Part shown: in pieces, positions 14,292-22,739 of the stretch
How positions within the stretch are numbered: the stretch's first letter is position 1
Layout: each line of letters opens with the position of its first letter
Source: Candidatus Sungbacteria bacterium RIFCSPLOWO2_01_FULL_47_32
GTDB taxonomy: Bacteria; Patescibacteriota; Minisyncoccia; Sungbacterales; GWA2-42-14
DNA: 52,275 nt
Assembly: GCA_001820685.1 (NCBI GenBank)
Contig: MHQP01000022.1
Location: forward strand, 1 to 52,275
Reading direction: 5' to 3'
Made by a program: the position numbers and the translations under genes
Notes under the pieces: model-generated
Seen by the model: the letters and a program-made list of their open reading frames with translations, nothing else
Databases searched by the model: none
What the model was told of the DNA's origin: nothing

Positions 14292-16313
14292 ATGGTATCA
14301 TATATGCATAAAAAACTAATATTATCGGACTTTTTTATGTCAAAAACAAATATCTACGCAGGCGTTATCCTTTGTATCATGTTCGTCCTGCTTATTTCCT
14401 CCGCATGGAATGATTCGGCAATTATGGATGAGCTTGCCCATATTCCCGCAGGGTATTCATACATCGCGAAACAGGACTACCGCCTGAACCCAGAGCACCC
14501 TCCCCTTTTCAAAGACCTTTCGGGTCTCTTCATCTTTATATTTGCCCATCCGAATTTCCCTACCAATACGGACGCCTGGAACCGCTACCTAAACGGCCAG
14601 TGGGACCAGGGCTCGGCATTTTTATACGGAGCGGGAAACAATCCTGACAGAATAGTTTTCTGGGGGAGACTCCCCATCATGCTCCTTGCAATGCTCTTTG
14701 GCGGGCTTTTATATTGGTATATTAAAAAGCGGTACTCCTCAAAAATTGCCCTTCTGACGCTTTTCTTTTTTGCGTTCTCCCCGACCTTTCTCGCTCACTC
14801 GCGCTTTGTAACGACTGATCTCGCCGCCGCATTCGGATTTTTTATCGGCATTATCGGACTTGTTACGCTTCTTGAAAAACCGACCCTTAAACATATATTC
14901 CTTGCCGGACTTTTGCTGGGAATCGCGCAGTTGCTCAAATTCTCGCTTGTGCTTCTTTTTCCCATTTACGGCATTATTACACTCGTCTGGATCTGGGTGG
15001 AGCGGCCGTATTGGAAAGGCGTCATACGGTTTCCTTTCTTTGCCCTGCAAATGCTTGGAAAACTTGCAGTGGTTTTTGCAGTCGCGTTTGTCGCCATCAT
15101 TGCCGTATATTCGTATCATGTTATTCACTATCCGGCTGTTTCAATAAAACCCGGCGGGGTACCATGGACAAAGGAAGAACTGACACGCATCGTCAAGCTG
15201 CCGGAGCCGGAACGGACGCAAAAAATGACCGATGTTCCTCTCTCACAAATGCGCGATACTGTATACATCCTTTCTTCATTTGCCGGAGGGCCTGACCCGG
15301 AAGATATTACATGCGACCCGAAGTCCGGCGTCAGCTTGGGACGCCATCTCCGATGCCTTACAGAATTTACGATATGGGCAACAGATAAACCCATGCTTCG
15401 TCCGCTTGCGCAATATCTTCTTGGCGTCCAAATGGTGGTACAACGCGCTTCCGGCGGAAACACGACATATTTCCTCGGCGAAGTTTCGGCGGGCGGATGG
15501 ATCTATTACTTCCCCGTCCTGTATGCCCTGAAAGAAACTCTTGCATTTCACATTTTGACGCTTACCGCACTCCTTTTTGCCTTTTGGCGAATTTTGAAAG
15601 GAGAAAAGTCGTTCGGAGCTTTCCGGAGGTGGATACATGAAAACATTTTTGAGTTCATATCGATATTTTTTATACTATTCTACTGGGCATACTCAATAAA
15701 AAGCCCTCTCAATATCGGCGTTCGGCATGTTCTTCCGACCTTCCCGTTCATTTACTTTCTTGTTTCCCGCGAGATTCACCGATGGCTTTCATATATGGAG
15801 CAAGCCGCACCGGAAACATGGTGGGAGTGGCTGGTTTTGCTTTACAAACGTTATATCGCCTCAATTCCAAAATATATTTTTATCTGGACGATGCTTTTCT
15901 GGATATTCGCGAGCGCCATATATACATTTCCGGCATATCTTTCCTACTTTAACGAGCTTACGGGCGGTTCTTCGAACGGATACATGTATGCTGTGGACTC
16001 GAACTACGACTGGGGGCAAGACCTCATCCGCCTTCAAAAATACGTACGCGACCATCGGGTACAGCACATTGCTCTTGATTATTTCGGCGGAGGCTCTCCC
16101 GGCTACTATCTTAAAGACAGGGTTGAGGGATGGGGTTCGGCAAAGGGACAGCCTCACGGATATTTTGCAATATCGGCTACTTTTCTTGAGGGAGCTTACG
16201 GGAAGCCGGTTGCCGGATTTATACGCAACCCGCAGGACGAGTATGAATGGCTGAAACCTTTCAGGCCGATAGATAGAGCGGGAGAATCGATACTTATCTA
16301 TAAACTCCCTTGA
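14292..16313 (+). CDS. GT-C fold glycosyltransferase (PMT/ArnT/GT39-like phospholipid-carrier-dependent mannosyltransferase family) with a C-terminal soluble domain
   Basis: 673 aa polytopic membrane protein. The first extracytoplasmic loop carries DELAHIPAGYSYI (a DE motif). There are 10 or more TM helices. Confidence 0.55.
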   Translation: MVSYMHKKLILSDFFMSKTNIYAGVILCIMFVLLISSAWNDSAIMDELAHIPAGYSYIAKQDYRLNPEHPPLFKDLSGLFIFIFAHPNFPTNTDAWNRYLNGQWDQGSAFLYGAGNNPDRIVFWGRLPIMLLAMLFGGLLYWYIKKRYSSKIALLTLFFFAFSPTFLAHSRFVTTDLAAAFGFFIGIIGLVTLLEKPTLKHIFLAGLLLGIAQLLKFSLVLLFPIYGIITLVWIWVERPYWKGVIRFPFFALQMLGKLAVVFAVAFVAIIAVYSYHVIHYPAVSIKPGGVPWTKEELTRIVKLPEPERTQKMTDVPLSQMRDTVYILSSFAGGPDPEDITCDPKSGVSLGRHLRCLTEFTIWATDKPMLRPLAQYLLGVQMVVQRASGGNTTYFLGEVSAGGWIYYFPVLYALKETLAFHILTLTALLFAFWRILKGEKSFGAFRRWIHENIFEFISIFFILFYWAYSIKSPLNIGVRHVLPTFPFIYFLVSREIHRWLSYMEQAAPETWWEWLVLLYKRYIASIPKYIFIWTMLFWIFASAIYTFPAYLSYFNELTGGSSNGYMYAVDSNYDWGQDLIRLQKYVRDHRVQHIALDYFGGGSPGYYLKDRVEGWGSAKGQPHGYFAISATFLEGAYGKPVAGFIRNPQDEYEWLKPFRPIDRAGESILIYKLP

Positions 16314-16354
16314 TTCGCGAATAGCCACGAATTTGGTCGCGAATAACACAAATT

Positions 16355-16384
16355 TAAAAACTGCCTCACTTGGGGCAGTTTTTG
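16355..16384. terminator. Bidirectional terminator between convergent genes (CTGCC-tcacttgg-GGCAG flanked by A5 and T5)
   Basis: A hairpin with an A-run upstream and a T-run downstream, between the glycosyltransferase stop (16313) and the 76-aa ORF stop (16429). Confidence 0.5.
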
Positions 16385-16428
16385 CGAGCTTCCGCGAAAG
16401 AAAAAACGCCTACGAGGCGTTTGAATAC

Positions 16429-16659
16429 TTACTTGAATTTTGCCAATAAGTTACAGCCATTATTTTTTGCTTGTTCCCGCAACTGCGGTATGTGGAACGC
16501 AAGAAAAGGATCCTTTGTTTTTAAAGCCGAAATCCACTGCTGTAGCGTGAATTCCCGTTCACCTACCCCGATAAAGGGTTGGTCGGAAGGAGTCCGCCTT
16601 GCAGCCCAACGTTCAATCGCTGCGATAATCTCCTCGTCCGCCCGTTCGATATAAGACAT
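16429..16659 (-). CDS. Hypothetical small protein (76 aa)
   Basis: An intact ORF with protein-like composition, bounded by a terminator downstream. I recognise no family. Confidence 0.45.
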   Translation of the reverse strand: MSYIERADEEIIAAIERWAARRTPSDQPFIGVGEREFTLQQWISALKTKDPFLAFHIPQLREQAKNNGCNLLAKFK

Positions 16660-16725
16660 CGGTTTTTCTCAAATTAAAAAAGCCTTTCTTAGCTTAAAGG
16701 CCCACACGCAAAAAGTCAATTCCGA

Positions 16726-17658
16726 CTACCCACTCTTTTGAGCGCCTCCCTTCAGCTTATAAAAAATTTTACTTCCGAATCGAAGATCGATGTAATCAAC
16801 CTCCGAAACTTTATCCTTTAGGCGCGTCTCGAGCAAGGTTTTCAGGCTTGAAAGCCAGCCGCTTTGGTCTTGATCCCGCGAAACGATGAGATAATACCCG
16901 CCGCCTGTTTCAATGAGATAATCCTTAGGAATATCTTTTGAGAGCGTCAACGACCTAAGCCCAACTTGAAGTTTGTCTTTCAGAAGCACGCGGGCGCGCT
17001 CCAAAAAAAGGAGAACCTCTCCGGATACAATACTTGCGCCGGGAGAAAAATCCTTTGTTTCGTCATCAAGTATCATCGGGAATGCCGAACCCGCGATGGT
17101 TACGGGCGTTTCAAACACTACGCCGTCGCGATCGACATAAAAGCAATCCGACGTCTGCCCTCCATTTAAAGAAGGTGGAGCGGAGGGAGTTGGCTGTGAA
17201 AGAACCGGTGACGAATGCTCTGCCATGAAGCAGTACACAATAAAAATCTCGCGTTCTTGAAGACGCACATCAAGCGAATCCGGAAATGTTTTTGTTACCG
17301 AAATATTCCGAATTTTTGGAAAGCGCCCCTTTAACGCACCGCCAAGGGAAGACTCTGAAAGGAAGAAATACTGTGAACGGGGAACGAAAAACAAAAAACG
17401 GCCGCTTAGAAGCTCCTCTATCATTCGGTTGAGAGAGTCTTTATCAATGGTCTCATTGCCCATTATGGAAATGCGGCTAACCTGCCAGTACCGGAGATTG
17501 GCGAAATACCATAAACCGGACAAAAGAGCGGCAATACATATGCCAACCATCAAAAAAATAAAAAGATAGGGCGTGAAATTGAATCTCCGGCGCCGCTTAT
17601 AGAGCATTCTGCTTTGGAAGCGAATTCCTTTCATTGCTTTTACTATATCACAAGGCAT
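16726..17658 (-). CDS. ftsQ: Cell division protein FtsQ/DivIB-like (TM plus POTRA domain)
   Basis: An N-terminal TM helix followed by VSRISIMGNETIDKDSLNRMIEELLSGRFLFFVPRSQYFFLSES...FPDSLDVRLQEREIF, which is typical of POTRA/FtsQ. Confidence 0.55.
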   Translation of the reverse strand: MPCDIVKAMKGIRFQSRMLYKRRRRFNFTPYLFIFLMVGICIAALLSGLWYFANLRYWQVSRISIMGNETIDKDSLNRMIEELLSGRFLFFVPRSQYFFLSESSLGGALKGRFPKIRNISVTKTFPDSLDVRLQEREIFIVYCFMAEHSSPVLSQPTPSAPPSLNGGQTSDCFYVDRDGVVFETPVTIAGSAFPMILDDETKDFSPGASIVSGEVLLFLERARVLLKDKLQVGLRSLTLSKDIPKDYLIETGGGYYLIVSRDQDQSGWLSSLKTLLETRLKDKVSEVDYIDLRFGSKIFYKLKGGAQKSG

Positions 17659-17692
17659 CTGGGAGAAAAACTGCCTTTTGCCGGAGAATTCT

Positions 17693-17726
17693 AAACAAAA
17701 AAAGAGCGCGGTATGAAACCCGCGCT
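17693..17726 (-). terminator. Rho-independent terminator (GAGCGCGG-tatgaaac-CCGCGCTC plus a U7 run on the minus strand)
   Basis: An 8-bp GC-rich stem followed by UUUUUUU, directly 3' of the SPFH gene stop. Confidence 0.65.
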
Positions 17727-17736
17727 CGGATATGTT

Positions 17737-19866
17737 CTATGCTACTGGATCAGGTGCCAGAGCACCTGAACCTTTCTTGGAAGACCCCCAAGGGACAAGT
17801 CCAGCGATGACCTCCGTAAATTTTGAGAGGAATTCCGGGTCTCCCGCCGCAAGCTCGGCAAGCTTAAGGAAGGTTGATTCGTCCGGCTGCTCCTTAAAGA
17901 GCGCAATGTAGGCTTGAGAACGCTCGCCGAAAGTCTTCTTGAAGATCTCGGCAACCTTGAGCTGGAACTTCGCATCCACCAGGGCTCCCTGGTTGTTTGC
18001 GATGGCACGCGTCCTCTCAAGCGCCCGGCGGGCAACTTCCACCCGCTGGTCGGCCTCGATAGTCGCAATATGCTGGTCGGCTGTGACCTTCCTTTTCCGG
18101 AGATCAAGGTAGCGCTTGAGACCTTCATCAGTCGAGCGCTGGAAACCGATATCCGCTATCCTGAACGAGACGACCTTGATGAAGTACTTCCCGAAGATGA
18201 CCTTCAGGCGCTCTTCGATGGTGTGCCGAACCTCGTTACGCTTCTCGAGGAACTCGGCGATAGGACGCGTCGAGGCCTCATCCCGGATGATGTCATTCAT
18301 CACAGGGTGGATGATGTCGCGAACAAGCCGCTCGAAGCTTCCGCTGTAGGCAACAACCTTCGGAGCGTCCTCAGGGTTCACTTGAGCGATGAGCTCCGCA
18401 TCGAGCTCGAAACGGAAGGGGTCTTTCGTGATGACCGCGATGGGGTCGAACTGCGTCGACTCGCTCGTATCCCACCTGATCGGGTCAGGCGTGACGTCAA
18501 CGATACGGATCTCATTTGCAACAGGGTGATTGGAGTGGAAACCGGGCTTCAGCGTGTCGCCCCGGATGCCGCGCTTTTTGACGCCCTTCTTCAGGATATA
18601 GATCGGCTCGGGCGTTTCGCCAACATTGTTGACCGGGCGCTCGCCAGCCCTCTCAAGGTCCTCATCGGCAGGATTTTCGCCAATGTTTGAGATCATGACA
18701 CCGACTTCACCCTCCTTGATATGGACGGCGGGAATCTCGTCAATCTTGATCACGTAGGGATTGGGGAACCACAGGCCCATCTCGAGCATCTGACGCTGAG
18801 CGCCTTTTCCGCCACCGCCCTGTATGAAGGCGACTGTATCCTGGAAGTTGTTGTGGGGAAGTGTGGGCTCGGCGGCGAATACCTGCCCCTCGGGAGTTTC
18901 CTTCCCAACAAGAGCCGTAACGATACCGACTTGCGGAATGAATGTCCTCTCGCCGGTAGTCGGATCGTTTTTCTCGGCAAACTTGATCTCGATTGCTTTC
19001 GATTTCTCAATCGAGAAAAGGAATGGGTGCATGATGTACGTTCCGGGCAAAACCTGCCCGGGCTGCGGACCCATCTCGCCGTCGTTCAGAATGAACTTTC
19101 TGGCGCTCCGGTAGCCGTCGGACTCAACCGGTTTGGCAACCGCTTGTCCGTCCTTGCCGGAACGCTCCTTTCCGTCTCGAGCGATCACAACTCCGACCAT
19201 TCCGTCCGGAACGATAAAGTCCTTGATCTCGAAGCAGTGAATCTTTGCGAACACTTTCCACAGAAACGCGAAGTGAATCCCGACCGCGTACACATTCGTT
19301 CCGTATCCTTGCTCGAAGAAACTCATCCCGATACGCTTGCACTTTCGCGGGCTCCGAAAGAATGGGATGTGCCACTCAAAAACGCTGACCTGATCGATCG
19401 TGTTCTTAAAGTAGCTTCCGTAAATAATACCGGTAATAACCGAGGGAACCGCAACCGCAAAAACGATGCGTCCCCATGTTGCGACAAGAAACGCCAGAAT
19501 GCTCGCGCCGAAAAAGTAGAGGGAAAGCGCTACAAGAATGCCGCCGACAATTTCCAGAAAGCGCTTCGGATTGAATACGCGCCTTCCGGGTCTCGGCGTG
19601 TTTGAGCTTGAAGGCCCGGGGTTTGCGGAAACACGGCTTGCCTTATTTTTCAGCGTATCCTTCAAGTCTTTTGCCTTCGTCTTAATGCTGGAAAAGACAA
19701 CGACAACCAAACCAACCGCAAAAATTCCCACTAAAACCCCGTCAATTTGCATTTGTATCCGCGGATTGCGCACAAAAATGTCATAGACAATGACACAGAA
19801 ACCAATCCACCAAACAAGAAACGAAACAGCGCAATAAATGCCAAGACGCCTTATTAACGTCTTCAT
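17737..19866 (-). CDS. SPFH/band-7 (flotillin-like) domain membrane protein with an N-terminal polytopic region and a C-terminal coiled coil
   Basis: 709 aa. Four to five N-terminal TM helices. A central SPFH-like core (DAELIAQVNPEDAPKVVAYSGSFERLVRDIIHPVMNDIIRDEA...). A flotillin-like EA-rich helical tail. Confidence 0.55.
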   Translation of the reverse strand: MKTLIRRLGIYCAVSFLVWWIGFCVIVYDIFVRNPRIQMQIDGVLVGIFAVGLVVVVFSSIKTKAKDLKDTLKNKASRVSANPGPSSSNTPRPGRRVFNPKRFLEIVGGILVALSLYFFGASILAFLVATWGRIVFAVAVPSVITGIIYGSYFKNTIDQVSVFEWHIPFFRSPRKCKRIGMSFFEQGYGTNVYAVGIHFAFLWKVFAKIHCFEIKDFIVPDGMVGVVIARDGKERSGKDGQAVAKPVESDGYRSARKFILNDGEMGPQPGQVLPGTYIMHPFLFSIEKSKAIEIKFAEKNDPTTGERTFIPQVGIVTALVGKETPEGQVFAAEPTLPHNNFQDTVAFIQGGGGKGAQRQMLEMGLWFPNPYVIKIDEIPAVHIKEGEVGVMISNIGENPADEDLERAGERPVNNVGETPEPIYILKKGVKKRGIRGDTLKPGFHSNHPVANEIRIVDVTPDPIRWDTSESTQFDPIAVITKDPFRFELDAELIAQVNPEDAPKVVAYSGSFERLVRDIIHPVMNDIIRDEASTRPIAEFLEKRNEVRHTIEERLKVIFGKYFIKVVSFRIADIGFQRSTDEGLKRYLDLRKRKVTADQHIATIEADQRVEVARRALERTRAIANNQGALVDAKFQLKVAEIFKKTFGERSQAYIALFKEQPDESTFLKLAELAAGDPEFLSKFTEVIAGLVPWGSSKKGSGALAPDPVA

Positions 19867-19937
19867 TTTTATCTTCCTCCAAAAGAAGTGTTGTCAGAGA
19901 ACGATATGGGTATATAATACAGTAAAATTATTAAAAA

Positions 19938-20055
19938 GTCAACCCAGCTAGAAGCTTAAAATTTAGCCAAGAATTAGGCGCATGAAAGCCACAGACGGTT
20001 TCGCTTTTTGGAGCACCTAAAAAGATGTCTTTTGCCGAGCTTCTAATGGGGTCAA
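19938..20055. mobile_element. MITE-like element C. TIRs are CCCAGCTAGAAGC and GCTTCTAATGGG, flanked by the 5-bp direct repeat GTCAA.
   Basis: The inverted termini sit about 96 bp apart. The identical flanking GTCAA is at 19938..19942 and 20051..20055. The termini resemble elements A and B. The location is intergenic. Confidence 0.4.
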
Positions 20056-20082
20056 TGCTTTGCGTTTTTTGGCTTGACTAAT

Positions 20083-20112
20083 AAAAAAGCGGGGTTTTAA
20101 GCCCCGTTTTTC
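20083..20112 (-). terminator. Rho-independent terminator for metK (CGGGG-ttttaag-CCCCG plus a U-run)
   Basis: A hairpin followed on the minus strand by UUUUUUAUUAG, directly after the metK stop. Confidence 0.6.
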
Positions 20113-20123
20113 CTGTTTTTCTT

Positions 20124-21170
20124 TTAAAGCGCAATTACCTCCTCCCAAGGAAGGCCTTCTTTCCCAAAGTGGCCGTAGGAAGCGGTCTCAAGGTAAATCG
20201 GACGCCTCAAACCAAGCCGCTCAATGATGGCCTTCGGTTTGAAATCGAAATGCCTTTTTATGATATCGCTGATGTCTTTCCCTGACTCGTTTTCTGCGTG
20301 TATCATGAGAGGCTCGGCACGCCCAATCGCATACGCGACCGAAACAAAACACTTTTTCGCAAATCCGTTTGCAACTACGTTCTTTGCGGCAAAACGCGCC
20401 ATATAGGCGGCCGAACGGTCAACTTTTGTCGCGTCCTTTCCGGAGAACGCTCCTCCTCCGTGCTGGATAAGCCCGCCGTATGTGTCAACCATAATTTTCC
20501 TTCCGGTAAGACCGGTGTCCGCGGCAAAACCCCCTTGAACAAATTTTCCAGTCGGATTTACGAGAACCTCAATTCCCGCAAGGTCGCCGAGAAGCGGCGT
20601 AAATAATTTTTTAACGAGATATTCTTTTATTTCAGGCTGTGCCGTCTTTGCGTTGTGCTGTGTAGAAACGAGAACGGACTGCACTCTGCCTCCGTGCATT
20701 GTTACCTGCGCTTTGCCGTCGGGTCCCAAAAAAGAATTCGGATCTTTGCGGCGAAGATTTTCCAATCCTTTTGTAAGCTTGTGGACAAGAGAAACCGCGT
20801 ACGTCAAAAATTCCGGAGTTTCATCTGTCGCAAATCCGTACATGATGCCCTGGTCCCCCGCTCCCCCCGTATCCACTCCCTGCGCTATGTCGGGGGACTG
20901 CTGAACAATATTTGTTAAAATATTCAGCGTGTCGGTGTATCCGATGTCGCGGTAAAGATTCCGCGCAATTTCCGGAGCGTCCACAGCGCCTGTTGACGTA
21001 ACCTCCCCGCCGATGACAAGAAGATTATGCGCGCCAAACGTTTCCATCGCAACGCGCGAATGAGAATCTTGGCGCAGATATTCGTCAAGAATTGCGTCCG
21101 AAATCTGGTCGCAAACTTTATCGGGATGCCCCGAGGTAACGCTTTCGACTGTGTATGTTGTGTGATTCAT
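20124..21170 (-). CDS. metK: S-adenosylmethionine synthetase
   Basis: N-terminal ESVTSGHPDKVCDQISDAILD and a glycine-rich loop; classic MetK, 348 aa. Confidence 0.95.
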   Translation of the reverse strand: MNHTTYTVESVTSGHPDKVCDQISDAILDEYLRQDSHSRVAMETFGAHNLLVIGGEVTSTGAVDAPEIARNLYRDIGYTDTLNILTNIVQQSPDIAQGVDTGGAGDQGIMYGFATDETPEFLTYAVSLVHKLTKGLENLRRKDPNSFLGPDGKAQVTMHGGRVQSVLVSTQHNAKTAQPEIKEYLVKKLFTPLLGDLAGIEVLVNPTGKFVQGGFAADTGLTGRKIMVDTYGGLIQHGGGAFSGKDATKVDRSAAYMARFAAKNVVANGFAKKCFVSVAYAIGRAEPLMIHAENESGKDISDIIKRHFDFKPKAIIERLGLRRPIYLETASYGHFGKEGLPWEEVIAL

Positions 21171-21337
21171 AATATCGCTCGCAGTATAAATTTTTTCTCA
21201 CGCCTTTATTGGTAAGGACGCTGTTGACCCACTGCCCTTTTGCCCCTCGCAAAAGCCCATAGTTGTCCCCCGGACAACTCGTCGCGTTACGCCCCCGATG
21301 GGAAAAAATTTAACCGCTTCGCTCACGCATTTTACCA

Positions 21338-21490
21338 ATGGAATAAAAATACCCGCATCACGCGGGGAAAAAATAAATCATGTTATCTTTCCCGCGCGCT
21401 GGCGAGCTGAAAGTGGCACTACAGTCTTCAAAAGACCGCTTTGCCGGCAGGATCAACGGGTCAGTTCCCTCCCCTGCGCTCGTGATAATT
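21338..21490 (-). ncRNA. SAM-I (S-box) riboswitch with intrinsic terminator in the metK leader
   Basis: The minus-strand RNA UUAUCACGAGCGCAGGGGAGGGAACUGACCCGUUGAUCCUGCCGGCAA...GUGCCACUUUCAGC...GGGAAAGAUAAC matches S-box conserved blocks (UUAUCA-GAG-GGnGGAGGGA-CUGnCCC-UGA-CC-GGCAA...GUGCC...AGAUAA) with P1 closure. The terminator CCCGCGUGAUGCGGG plus UAUUUUUAUU is at 21338..21367. Confidence 0.8.
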
Positions 21491-21568
21491 TATTTTGTTG
21501 TAAGGAATACCCCTATGATACTTTAAACGCCGGAGAACGCAAAAAAGTTATACACACTATTACCTGCA

Positions 21569-22264
21569 TCATTTTTTCCGTTTTTCAAACCGTGGAAATT
21601 GGAACGCCGACGGGCAAAGTTTTGCGATCGGGCACATGTCGCACCTTGGGTCTTTTGCCGTGCAAACTGCCCTGCCATGGTCAATAATGCGGTATGTCGC
21701 GCCAAACCATTCCTTTCTCGGAAGAAGTTTCATGAGGTCCTCTTCTATGCGCACCGGATCGTCCTTATTCGTTAATCCGAACCGGCGCGAATTTCTCCAG
21801 ACGTGCGTATCAACGGCGATTCCTTCAACAACACCGTAAGCATTTCCCAATACCACGTTCGCCGTTTTCCGGGCAACCCCCTTGAGCGTTAAAATTTCGC
21901 GCATTGTTTTCGGAACGCTCCCGCTGAACGTATCTCTGATCGTTTTCGTTGCCGCAAGAATATTTTTTGCTTTTGCGCGGTAAAAGCCGGTTGAGTGTAT
22001 CATTTTCTCTAATTTTTTCTGCGGGATTGCCGCAAAATCAGCTGCCGTTTTATACTTCTTGAAAATCGGCTCGGTTATTTCATTTACCTTTTTATCGGTG
22101 CATTGAGCGGAAAGAATGACCGCAACGAGAAGCTGAATATTGTTTTTATAGTTCAGGGCAATGCGCGCTTTTGGGAACGACTTTGAAAGAACCCTCAAAA
22201 TTTTGAGGGTTCTTTTTTGTTGTTGAGAAAATGTTTCGCTTGCAAGATCTTTTTTGGTAAACAT
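21569..22264 (-). CDS. nth: Endonuclease III (DNA glycosylase/AP lyase)
   Basis: LVAVILSAQCTD, an HhH-GPD motif (LKGVARKTANVV...D), and a C-terminal 4Fe-4S cluster CTAKDPRCDMCPIAKLC. Confidence 0.9.
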   Translation of the reverse strand: MFTKKDLASETFSQQQKRTLKILRVLSKSFPKARIALNYKNNIQLLVAVILSAQCTDKKVNEITEPIFKKYKTAADFAAIPQKKLEKMIHSTGFYRAKAKNILAATKTIRDTFSGSVPKTMREILTLKGVARKTANVVLGNAYGVVEGIAVDTHVWRNSRRFGLTNKDDPVRIEEDLMKLLPRKEWFGATYRIIDHGRAVCTAKDPRCDMCPIAKLCPSAFQFPRFEKRKK

Positions 22265-22288
22265 TGGTTTTGAAAAATAATCTCTAGT

Positions 22289-22549
22289 TTATTTCTTTAC
22301 ATCTATATTGATTTCTGCTGATAAATCATCGTTTTTAATTTGAATTTTACGCAGGAACCCGCGGATCTCATTTTTGTCGTCGGTACTCGTATTAATGCGG
22401 TCAAGCGTTTCTTCAATCTCTTCTGGTGTGAATCCAGCACCAGCAAGTGTTTGTACCCACTCGGGAATATCTCTTTCGCCAATAACTGCGTTCCGAACAA
22501 TACTCTTTCGATTGACGAGTGATTTGCGAACACGAGAAAGCATGGACAT
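22289..22549 (-). CDS. Hypothetical small protein (86 aa)
   Basis: An intact ORF downstream of the methyltransferase on the same strand. I recognise no family. There is an in-frame TGA about 45 nt upstream of the ATG. Confidence 0.4.
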   Translation of the reverse strand: MSMLSRVRKSLVNRKSIVRNAVIGERDIPEWVQTLAGAGFTPEEIEETLDRINTSTDDKNEIRGFLRKIQIKNDDLSAEINIDVKK

Positions 22550-22739
22550 AACTTCGTCTTTGCTTAGACCGCCCTCTTTGAGAATTTTTTTTCACCCGGG
22601 CACATCTGACTCGGGAATACCGCCGCCTACCGTGCGTTCATATTTGAATTGAAAATTATCCTTCATATGAATCTTTGATAACGAGTAACCGTATCTCGAT
22701 ATTTTGACTTAGCTGACCCTGCGAAGTGACGCTGAAACC

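Noticed and set aside
17742-19786. ORF-track ORFs 17742..18128(-), 17914..18690(+), 18721..19605(+) and others inside the SPFH gene
   Set aside because: They are antisense or alternative-frame ORFs in a GC-rich gene. The translations are Arg/Ser/Leu-rich.
21298-21705. ORF-track ORFs 21298..21687(+) and 21523..21705(-)
   Set aside because: They overlie the SAM-I riboswitch and metK leader. The RNA element explains the conservation-like structure, and the translations are not protein-like.
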